Below, piece by piece: positions 23,501 through 36,100 of a stretch of DNA of 64,000 nt. Location: the NCBI RefSeq assembly GCF_001194135.2, contig NC_068981.1, forward strand, positions 2,408,575-2,472,574, in the 5' to 3' direction. The translations under genes were made by a program, and so were the position numbers. The stretch comes from Octopus bimaculoides (taxonomy: Eukaryota). Each line of letters begins with the position of its first letter. Positions within the stretch are counted from its first letter, which is position 1. The notes under the pieces are model-generated. The model ran no database searches, was not told the DNA's origin, and saw only the letters and a list, made by a program, of their open reading frames with translations.

Positions 23501-26500
23501 TTGTAATTGTTTGGGACACAAAAGAAAAAAAAATACAATCATATTAACTAATCTACCGATATGAATGTTACTTAGTAAAAATAGGAGGCTATGTACAACT
23601 GCTTCAAAGCTCGTTTCTATCTTTTGATTATAAATTACATTTATACCAATAGTTATCGGTACACTTGACTATCTTAATAAATGTTTTAAGTGACAATCTT
23701 GGAAAGTTAGGGTTTTCAGACCAGGAAAGTGGCCACTTAACACACACTTTATGAATGCAGTCAGTAAGTGGAACAGTAATAAATACACAAGCCTTCATTA
23801 AAGTTCAAAATGTAATATTTATTGTTTTGTTATGCAAATTTCAGCAATTTATCTTTGTTTCTTTGTTAGAAACCATCTTGTTCCTTATTGGAAGACTTCA
23901 AACTATTATAAAGACAGGCAAACACACACACACACACACGCACACACACACACTCTTATCCTCATCATTTTGATGCCCATTGTCCATGCTGGCATGGGTT
24001 GGACGGTTTGGCCGGGCCTGGCAAGCTGCAAAGGCTGCACCAGATTCCCGTCTGATTCAGCATGGTTTTCTACAGCTGGATGCCCTTCCTAACACCAACC
24101 ACTCTGAGAGTGTAATAAGTGCTTTTATGTACCGACAGCACAGGTGCCATTTGCATGACATTGGTATCTGCCACATCTGTAATTTTGATCGTCTTGATGG
24201 GTCTTCTTCTCAAGCACAATATAATGCCAAATGTCTCGGTCATTGCCTCTGTGAGGCCCAACGCTCAAAAGGATCTCAGCTACTTTGTTTCCATGAAGCC
24301 CAACACTTGAAAGGTGCTTTTTATGTGCCACCAGCATGGGTGCCACTTACATGACACCAACATCAGCCACGACTACGATTTCACTTGACTTGACTGGTTC
24401 TCTTAAAGCACATGCATATTTAATTTTTCTATCAAGCTGTAACATTACATGTTTAACATCTGTTTATACTTGTGTAGTTATGAAGCTTGCTTTGCAACCT
24501 CATGGTTTCAGGTTCAGTCCCACTGTGTGGCACCTTGGGCAAGTGTCTTCTACTACTGTCCTAGGCTGACTAATATCTTGTGTGTGAATTGGTAGACAGA
24601 AACTGTGTGTAAGCCCATTGTATACGCGCATGTGTCATCATCATCATTGTATAATGTCTGTTTTCCATGCTGGCATGGGTTGGAAGGTTTGACTGAAGTC
24701 TGGAGAGCTAGCGCCTGCACCAGGCGAGTGTCTTTGTTTGTTTGTTACTCGCCATCACTTGACAACTGATGTTGGTTTGTTTATGACCCAGTAAATTAGC
24801 AGATTGGCAAAACTAAGTCAATAAAATAAGTACTAGACTTTTAAAAAAACAACTGGAAATGATTTGTTGGACTAAGACCTTGAGGGTAGTGCTCCAGCAT
24901 GGCTGCAAACAAAATGATAAAAGCTACTGCCATCAGGGTATGGTAGAAGCAGAATCTATCCCTTATAGTATTTATTAGTATTGGTTCCCCTACGTCCTGA
25001 ATTCAGATCTGTCTGGAGTCTATAAAATATTTATTTCTTTATTGCCCCACAGGGGCTAAACATAGAGGAGACAAACAAGGACAGACTAAGGGATTAAGTC
25101 GATTATATCGACCCCAGTGCATAACCAGTACTTATTTAATTGACCCCTGAAAGGATGAAAGGCAAAGTTGACCTCGGCGGAATTTGAACTCGGAACAAAA
25201 TACCGCTAAGCACTTCGCCTGGCATGCTAACGATTCTACCAGCTCATCGCCCTTGTATAAAATATTATCAAAAAAAAATGATCTCTGGTCAGTTCAGTCT
25301 GCCATATGTTATCCCTGTTGATGGATGGCTTTGTACTAATGTAAGAAATCTATATTTCTATATCATCATTATCATAACATCCACTTTTCCATGCCAGCAT
25401 GGGTCCGATGGAGTTTTTGTTGAGGCATATGTTCTATGGCCAGATGCCTTTCTTGTTGCCAACCCTCACCTGTTTCCAAGCAGTGTATTATTTCCTCATG
25501 GCCAGACATATTTTTGCAGATTATTGAAAGTAAGTGACACTGCTTACATGACAGTGACACTCGTTTACAACTACCACATGATATCAAGACAATGAGATGC
25601 AAATATACACATATGCACAGCAGGCTTCTTTCAATTTCCATCTACCAATTCTACTCACAAGGCTTTAGTAGGCCTGGGGTTATAGAAGATGCTTAACCAA
25701 GGTACTGCACATTGGAACTGAACCCAAGACCACATGCTTGGGAAGCAAGCTTCTTAACCACACAGCCTTATGATATATTTTCAGCAATGTTATTTTATAG
25801 TAATTATGTCAATAGAAATAGTTATTATATAATAAAGGCATGGATATCTGGTAAGAAGCTTGCTTCTCTAGTACATGGTTCCAGGTTCAGTCCCACTTCA
25901 TGGCACCTTGGGCAAGAATCCTCTACTATAGCCTCAGGCAAACCAAAACCTTGTGAGTGGATTTGGTAGACAGAAACTGAAAGAAGCCTGACGTGTGTGT
26001 CTTTGTGTCTGTGCTTGTCTCCCACCACTGCTTGACAACCAGTGTTGGTGTGTTTACATCCTTGTAACTTAGCAGTTCGGCAAAAGAGAATGATAGAATA
26101 AGTATTTGGGTCGATTCGTTTGACTAAAAATTCTTTAAGGCTGTGCCCCAGCATGGCCACAGTCTAACGATTGAAATAAGCAAAAGATAAAAAAATTAAC
26201 TTAAATTTGCTGAAAATACAGGTTTTTTCATGAAAAAAACCTTCAAAATCTCATGAAATCAACATCTTCCATTGTTATATTTGCCTATTTTTGTCTTTAA
26301 CTGTGTGAGATTCTGTGTTACAGCCAGAAGATTTCATTGAACTTTTTGGATTTATTTCAATTTGTTGTTGCAACTATTTGTTTGTCCCTGAACAAGACAT
26401 CAACTCTTCCTTCTTGTTGTATTTTGTTCCTTTTGTACTTTCTCTAGTTTCATGTCTAATCAAGAATTTCTGTCCTGTTGTTTTAGGAGAAGACTATATT

Positions 26501-29500
26501 GAAAGCTGTTCAGTCAGATGGAAAAGGTATGAAAAGGAAAATAATTATGCCAAGCTCCCCACAAGAAGAAGAAGGTAAGAACCAGTTTCCACTTCTGTCT
26601 CCCCCCCCCCCCCATTCATCTTCATACTGTGTAAATCTGCCGTTTTTGAGGATTATCTTTGCACAGTCTTTGAACAAGTTGGTGACTTTTGATGCTGGCA
26701 AGACAAAATTTTGGTCAGTTAATAGTTATAGGCAGTCATCCCTTTCTTCCATTGCTATGACTGGACTCGGTCAGTCAGAAAGCTACTGTGTTTGACTTCT
26801 TAGTTTGACTTTGACCAAAGATCTCCCATGGAAAAAACATGTTCAGTCCACCACTATGTCAGCTGCCAAGAAGGTTGGATCTCGTTTCTGTGTTTGCAAA
26901 TTTCTTACACAAGTGTCTTGTAAGGGCACACTTTGACCTTGCGTTGAATATTGTTTTCTTTATATTGGTGGGTCTTCTTTTTTCTACGAGTTTGGACTCT
27001 CTGTCTTAATTGTTGAAGTGTATCTTCATTGTGTCTTTTCCGTAAATATATCCGTAGTCATTGCTCTGAAGGACTTTCTTGAGTTGTACCCTCTGTCCAG
27101 ACCTTTTAGATGTGTCACCTGTTTATCTTCCCAAGCACATCATTTCTTTGTTGAAATTCCTATCGCCCATTAATCCTTTTTGTTCCAATAGCTCCTTTTC
27201 TCGAACTGCTGCTCTTTGGAATTCACTGCCACATGAGTCCATCATCATTCATCGTTTAATCTCCACCTTCCATGGGACAATTTGATAGGAGCCGGCTAGG
27301 CAGAAGCCTGTACCAGACTTCTGTGACTGTTTTAGCAGGATTTTTACAGCTGGATGCCCTTCCTAACACCAACCACTCAGTAGAGTGGACTTAGTGCTTT
27401 TTACGTGGCACAAGCACAGGTGAGGTCAGTTTTGGCAAGGTTTATACAGCTGAATGCCCTTCCAAAGGCCAACCACTTTACAGTGTGGGCTGGATGTTTT
27501 TTAAGTGGCAGCTGCACTGACAGGGTCACCAAGTACCTTGCAAAATAAAAAAAAATCTTTTGAGAGGGGAGGGGGCATTAAATTGTGGAAATAATTCTAA
27601 AAATCAATATTGGAAGAGGATATTGTGAAAGTTTCTTTTGTTTTTTCACAGCATCAAAAGTCCTTTTTCTTAATCCATTGAAATCTCTTCATCAATGATA
27701 TTAATACGCTAACTTTTTGTTTTTGTACGTACCTGTTGTGTGCATCACACTTCAAAGAAGTGGCAAAGTGAGAGAGAGAGGAAGTAAGAGAGAGAAAGAG
27801 AATGAAAGAGACAGTGAATGGTGACGGCATTCGTTTTGTGTTTTTAAATGTTTCAGAGAGGACATAAGAGAGAGAGAATGAGAGTGAAAGAGACAGTGAG
27901 TGGTGACAGTGTTCGTTTTGTGTTTTTAAATGTTTATCACATCGCAAGAGAAGTAGATACATAGATACATGTGCACATTGTTAAATCAAAAGTGGGAGAG
28001 AAGAGGGACACAAAGGAAGTGAGAGAGACAAATCCAAAGCAAAGTTCTTACATAGGCAAATATTGGCTGTCAGTTTCACTTTTCATTACCACACGAGGAT
28101 AAAATTAACTCACAAATGGCTGAGTATTCCACAGACATGCATAACATTAACATAGTTCTCAGGGAGATTCAGCCTCACACAGAATAAGACAAGACTGGTC
28201 TCTTTGAATTACAGCTACAACTCGAGACATATTTATATGAATGAATTTGTGTGTGTGTATAGTTTAGGTTAGTTAAAACATGTTTGCAATAAGTGTCGTG
28301 TGGTGGAAATAAACACAATTACTAAACTTTCATTCATAAATCCATTTATTATTTCAATTTGTACATTTGTACCCAGAAATTTTCAACAACTGCATGCCAG
28401 AAAAAATGGAAAAACGAGTGATTTTATCTCCTAAAAATTCTGACTGTCTTGTAATAAATGAAAAAGTTCTTAATATTACACCAGAGACACTTAAAATGTA
28501 CTTAAGCACAGATTCATTGTCTTGCAATAATGAAGAGGAAGTCCAGAACTATCTTTTTTTGAATTCATAAACTCACTCACTTCATCCGGTATGCTTCCTC
28601 ATTGCTATTGTAATGCTGCTAAGAAACCTTTCAATCAGTCAAGGATTATGTAATGGAACTCACATGAAAGGGCAAATACTTCATGAACATTGTGTAGAGG
28701 CATCATTGGTAACAGGCTCCAACAGAGGTCATACAGTTCTAATTCCCAGAATTAAACTTAGCCCAAGTGATGCAAATATTCCATTCACACTAAATAGACT
28801 TCAGTTTCCACTTCGACTTCCATATTCAATAACAATCAAGTTGGCATACATTTGTCTCAACCAGTATTTTCTCATGGCCAATTATATGTCGCATTTTCAA
28901 GAGCATGAGCTATGAATATCAAAGTAAGAGCTATGACACTTAGGATAAGAGATAAGGCCAAAAATGTGGTGTGACATACACACAAAATATTGTCTACCAT
29001 GAAGTACTGTGAGGAAGACCACCGCACCAGCTAGCATCACCACCACACCAGCCACTCCATCATAAATCCTTTAAGATCAGGGAACCAGTTAGGGGCCCAT
29101 TGGATCTCTCTCGGCATACCAGCAAACCACAAAATTGCACCAGCCAGCATCACTACTACCTCCAAGCCCGTTATATATATATATATGTATATGTGTCTGT
29201 TTGTCTCACCACCACCATTGCTTGACAACCGATATTGGTGTGTTTACGTCCCTGTAATTTAGCTGTTCAGCAGAAGAGACTGATAGAATAAGCACCAGGT
29301 AATAAATCCAGGGGTCAATTTCTTTGATTAAAGGGTGGTGCTCCAGCATGGCCACCGTCAAATGACTGTAACAAGTAAAAGGATACCAGAAAAACATTCC
29401 ATACCACTAAACCAAAAGTACCCCAGTGTCCCACAAATGGCACTCGTGCCTGTGGCACATAAAAGCACCCCAGTTTCCTGCAAATGGCACCTGTGCTGGT

Positions 29501-32500
29501 GGCACATAAAAGCACCCATTACACTCTGAGTGGTTGGTGTTAGGAAGGGCATCCAGCCGTAGAATACCATGCCAAATCAGACTGGAGTCTGGTACAGTCT
29601 TCCAGTGTGCCAGCCTGGTCAAACTGTCCAACCCATGCCAACATGGACAACGGACATTAAATGATGATGATGATGATTGGACCCTCATAGCCATTTGATA
29701 TTTTTAAAAATCCAATTACATTTTTATAATTAGATATCACTAGGAATTATATTTTGTGTATTGTAGAAATATGAGCAATTCATTGCACATAAATTTTATC
29801 AACAATGGATCCCTAAGAGTCATATGGGTTCCAATTGAAAACCACTGGTCTAGGGCAACTCTCTTTTATGTATTAAATGATTATCTAAAAGATACTAAAA
29901 TTGTAATCCCAAATGAATTGAAAATGTCATTTTAATTGTAATTTTTCCAGTTATAGATAAGAAAGGAACACCTCAGAAGAGAAAGCGTGGGAGTATTCAA
30001 TTAGATAGTTCTCCTACGAGCGGGTCAAGTGTTACACCTCGAACACCTGTAAGTGGCCAAAGACTGATCCCTTTATCTGAACGTCAACAAATGGCATTAT
30101 TGATGAAAATGACAGATGAATCTTCACAAGGGGGTAGGTTGATATAAACACCTTTTGTTTTCGTTTTGTTTTTCATTGATCTTGAAATTTCTTGTTTTGT
30201 TTTTTGTTTTTTTTTAAAGTTGAAGATCTGAATATCGACAAAAATAATATGAAGTAACTTAAGACTAACATAGTAATGATTCATTATTAGATTTTGGTGA
30301 TAAACAGGGGTGATGTTAGTTTTTTTACTTGAGGTGGTAATGATTACTGGCTTAAATCAACATAATCTCTAATGGCTAAAGAGGTATGTGTGTATGAAGC
30401 AGAAAATTTGGTTCCTAGTAAGAACGGGGGACAACCTGAAAACAAACTAAATGTTGAAACAATTATATATTTAAAGCCCTGAAGATAAATGTTCGCAAGA
30501 TGTGGGCTATAGTTTATTGCTTTCTATTTTCCTTAAAAAAATAGCTTTTGGGGAGAGAGGGGGTGGGGTGATGAATTTTGTTCAATAAGAATAGTTACTT
30601 TTAAGCATGATTGTATGTATGTGTGTGTTTGTATATATATATATATATATTTTTTTTTTCTTTGATACATATATATATATATGTAGATAATGTTTTTAAT
30701 TTTGCTCTTTAAAGCAACAGATTCTTCTCCCAAATCATTGTCACCTGTGATGTCCGCTAAGCGAACGCCTGGTGATAAAAGAGTGCATAAGCGAAATGAG
30801 CATGGAGAAACGCCTTTACATTTGGCTGCAATCAAAGGAGATCCGAAACAGACTAAAAAATTGATTAAAGCTGGAGCTGATGTAAATGTTAAAGATTTTG
30901 CAGGTAAAAATTCCAATATTTCTTCAATATTTTCTCTGGTGTCATGATTTTCAGATTTGATGGTTCCAGATATGATTACTTTTGTGAAATTTCGTGTGTT
31001 AATTTGGTTACAATTTCAAAGAACTTCATAGATATTTTTGATACCAGTCTGTCCAAAAACCACATAAAAGTGTTTTGTATCATTAATGAAAATTTTAACA
31101 ATTGTTTTAGTCTATGAATAACAATATACGATTTCAATAAATAGAAATTGAATTATAATTTTATTGTGTTATATTGAAGACTGTAGATATGTATGCTAAA
31201 TGGCTGTACAGATGTTTCTCACAATTCTTCATATAGTCAGCATTTAATGTCTGTTTTTCCCTGCTGGCATGGTTTGGTCAGATCGACAGGAGCTGGCAAT
31301 TCAGAAGACTGTACTAAGCTTTGACATGGTTTCTATCCCTGGATGTCTTTCCTAACACCAGCCACTTTACAGATAATACTAAATGGTTTTTTTCCCCCAC
31401 ATAGCACCAGCATGGTCACTAAGTAACTTGCAAGGCAAGGGCCCTTAGATGAGTTGGGAAGTAGTATTAAGAGAAGGGGTTTGGTACTAGGAGATGATAG
31501 GTTAAAGTATGGTGGAGGGTTGGAAACAGCTATCTTACTGTAGAAGAGCTACATGGCTACTCCATAGAAAGAGAGAAGAGACAAAGATTGACAAAACAAA
31601 AAACATATAAAACATACAGCGAAGAAACGTCCTGAATATCAAAAGGAGTAACCTAGAAGTATCAGACTTGCAGGACAAATTCATTTTGGATAGAAGGTTC
31701 TGTTAGTGATTGTACAGATGCTTAAATGGTTAATATAAATATAGAATCAAAAGTAGATGGAATCTGTGTGGAAAATAAATAAATAAAAATGTTATTAAAT
31801 TCAGCTAATGAAGGGAAATAATTCAAACAGGTAAATTTGAAGAAGAGACAAAAGGTTAATGAGAAATGTAATGATGTATTTTTAAAAAATGATTATGAAC
31901 TTGGGTGCCTATTACAGCCTCGGGAGAAAAAAAACTATTAAAAAATTCAAATTTTAGACTCATTTACAATTAAGAGTTGATTAGATAGCATGAGAAATGA
32001 TTTTCCAGACAAATTGACCAAAGTAGAAAAATATGTTTGAATTTACGGATAAGTCTTACACACAACTAAATTACATGAAATATGAAAAATATAACAAACA
32101 CATTCTTTAGATCACTGGTTCTCAACCGTTTTTACGTATGGACCCCTTTGATTCCTAATTAATTCGGATGTATCCTCCTATCCATTCAACGTTTAAAAAA
32201 ATCATATTATATTTTTATAGTTAAATATTTTTGGAAATTGTATAAGAAAAATTGTTAAAATATTTTGTGCATTGTAGAATTATAACCAATTTATTGCACA
32301 TGAATTTTAATCACAAAATCTTTTTATGGAACCTCAAGGGTCATGTGGACCCTGCTTGAAAACCACTGCTTTAGATCAATGGGTTAAGTTTTTAAAAAAG
32401 CCTTAGTGAAATAATGTATAAAAATACACATTGATCAGTATCAATATCTGTAATAGTTATCAACATTCAAAAGTATATACAAGCATACATGCACAAGGGA

Positions 32501-32547
32501 AAATACAATTAAATATATACCAACAAATATATCCCTAATAGTTAATA

Positions 32548-32619
<72 letters not shown>

Positions 32620-32710
32620 ACATTTTCATGTTAAATATTGACAAAATCATTATACACATTAATGGATAAATATAAATACTCAAATATTGTCACATGTGCA
32701 TACATGTATA

Positions 32711-32752
<42 letters not shown>

Positions 32753-33098
32753 CATACACACATGCACACACACACATATCAGCATCATCATGGCATGTGT
32801 GCATATATGTATGGCTTAGTGGTTAGGGTGTTGCACTCTCAATCACTAGATCATGAGTTCAGTTCCTAGACCAGGTTCTATATTGTGTTCTCGAGCAAGA
32901 CACTTCATCTCATGTTACTCTGCAATCACTTCGACACCTGACACATGGCACATCTGTGGACCTCTTCAGACAACTCCGATTTGATGAAGAGAGTGAGCTA
33001 ATGTGCAGCACAAACATTTGATCACTGTAAATGATCATATGCAGGTCATTTGGCAAAAGCTGAATGCCCTAACGTCATCTTTGACAGGAGAGTCCGTC

Positions 33099-33131
<33 letters not shown>

Positions 33132-36100
33132 GTATACATGCAGTGGTGTAGTGAAAACCTTGATAGATCAAGAAATAATAAAAAGTAAAATGAAATTTTT
33201 GTGTTTTTTTCTAAATAACTAAAATGGTCCTTCCACAACATAATCACTACACACATACACACACTCGTACACATTTGCATATATAGCTCACTAATTACAT
33301 TAAAGATTAAATACATTCTTTAAATATATTTATATTAATGAGGCCCTTTGGTAGAATAGTTTCCATTTGAAATAAATGAGTTTTTAATTTTCCATAAAGG
33401 TTGGACTCCTCTCCACGAAGCATGCACCCGTGGTTGGTTAATCATTGCTAAACACCTATTGAAAGCTGGTGCTAATGTAAATGTTCATGGCTTAGAAAAT
33501 GATACTCCTCTTCATGATGCATCTGCCAGTGGACATCAAAAGGTAAATTTTCTTCTTCTTACAAACTAAGCTAACATTATTAATATTCTGTTGTGTTATC
33601 ATATTGTATTAATATAGCACCAATATTGGTGGTGAAGTATATTTCTATAAACATTGTTTACGCAATACAAAACATAGGTCGAGTTTATGCAGGCAAGTAA
33701 CAGCTCCCTTGAAACCTGAAAAGTCCTGTATTTAATTGATCAACCTGTCAGTCTTATTTAATGAATCCAGTGGATTCTAGGTGACTTCTTCACCGACTAA
33801 AAAAAAGGGGTTGTTTTTTTCTTTTTTTTTTTTACTTATAGTTTGAGCTTAGAATTGAGAAAACAATGGTTGTCGCTGTTTTTAACATATTTAAAAAGAA
33901 AAAAGAAGGAAAGTTGAAGTAATCATTTCTATGTGAAAGCTAATTAAAATGATGTTATACTCGTGGGTGTGATTACTTCCGAACCTTGGAATTTGGACAC
34001 AGCAATCTGCAGTGGACTTTAGTAGCAGTTGCTTATTCAACAGCTATGAAAGTAACTACAGCTACTAAATACAAATATCTGAACAAGTATGCAGGTATAA
34101 CTGAATGTTTAAGAAGTGTCAAAATAATGCTGGTGTGTGTGAATCATCATCATCATCGTTTAACGTCCGCTTTCCATGCTGGCATGGATTGGACAATTTG
34201 ACTGGGGACTGGCGAACCAGAAGGCTGCACCAAACTCCAATCTGATCTGGCAGAGTTTCTACAGCTGGATGCCCTTCCTAACGCCAACCACTCCGAGAGT
34301 GTAGTGGGTGCTTTTACATGCCACCGGCATGAGGGCCAGTCACACAGTACTGGCAACGGCCATGCTCAAAAAGGTGTTTTTTACGTGCCACCTGCATGGG
34401 AGCCAGTCCAGCGGCACTGGCAACAACCTCACTCGGATGATTTTCTAACAAATAAATGAAGCCCAAAGTTTTCTCTATTCACAAGTTGGTAGGTACACAC
34501 TGAAATATGCAAAAAGAACCTAATCTCAATATGTAATAATACTTAAATGATCAGATCCGTTCAGCTGAATATTTTGTTTAGACAATTGCACAATATTTCA
34601 TTTGTATTCATTCTCCCTTACCAAATCTGTGACATTACAATTCTTTTTTTCTTTTTTTCCCTTATATTTTATTGTTTCTTAATCGTCTGTCGTTTCTGAA
34701 ATGTCTGTTCTTTATTTATTTCCAGCTTGTTGAATTACTGTTGAAGCACGGGGCTAACCCTCTTCAATCTAACAGTAGAGGCCAAACACCTATGGATGTT
34801 GCTGCATGTTCCGATACAGAAGAGCTGTTAAGAAAAGAGATGTCCTCATCAAGCAGTGATAGTTCAAGTGTTGATGATACTCGTTCTCCGACATCTCCTG
34901 AAAGTACTTCTTCGGCTAAAGAAGAAGACCGTACTGCAGATTCAGAAGGTACTTTGCAAACTTACCTGATTAATGTAGCTTTTAAGAGGAAAAATCAACA
35001 AAACTGCAATCAGGATATCTGATATTTGTGTCTAAGTCAGGGGCCAGCAAAGTGGTCAGTATTGATCCCTTGGGGTAGGGTGTCCATGTGGTTATCCAAG
35101 AGGTCAATGATTTTAAGCTGAATTATTAGCAAACTGAATCTGGAAGAGTTTGGGTAATTTAAGGCTTAAACTCACTAATTTCCAGCCAAATATTGATGCA
35201 ATATAAACTAGTATTCACCAAACATATATTTCACATTAAATATTCCAACTGTATCAATGTATTATGACTGGATTTTTATAGTATTTAAGTATTTTCATTA
35301 AATTTATTTCCTTCATCATCATCATCGTTTAACGTCCGCTAGCATGGGTTGGATGATTTGACAGAGGACTGGCGAATCAGATGGCTGCACCAGACTCCAA
35401 TCTGATTTGGCAGAGTTTCTACAGCTGGATGCCCTTCCTAACGCCAACCACTCAGAGAGTGTAGTGGGTACTTTTACGTGCCACCGGCACGAAGGCTAGT
35501 CAGGCGGTACTGGCAACGGCCACGCTCAAAATGGTGTATTTTATGTGCCACCTGCACATCATACTTTCTAATTTATTTTAGAAATTTATAAGATGGGAGT
35601 CAACAAGTTATCAAGGTTTCCATGAATGGGTCAATGATTTTTAGAAGTTTGCCAACCCCTGTACTATAATTACTCATGTCATGCTTACAGTTACACTTTT
35701 GTCCTTTGACTGCTGACTGCAAAATGTTTTGTCAGTGTTGAAAGGAGATGATAATGTATCGATGGGTTATTTGAGTTATATGCAATTAGCTGAGGTATTT
35801 GTTGTGGAGACTCCATTATCATCTATAATAATACTCTTGTGTCTTTCTCCATCACATATGAATGAGAAAGGAAGGAGTGATAGATGAATAAGGAAGGGGT
35901 GATGGGAAACTTGGTAGCGGGATGATGGAAGTTCTACGGGGAAAGAAAAAATCAAACAGCGTTTCAACTCTGTGTATGTAAAAGGGAGGTATGTGAATGT
36001 TTGTGTGTGTGTATATGTGCAATCGAAGTGGGATGGTGAACATTCAATGCTGAAAGGAAGGTGGAGGTATTGTTTTCAGTTGTGTTTGTTTGTCCGTGGA

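Noticed and set aside
27804-27935. 50-bp segment repeated at 82-bp spacing in a GA-rich tract
   Set aside because: This is an ordinary local tandem duplication with no further structure.
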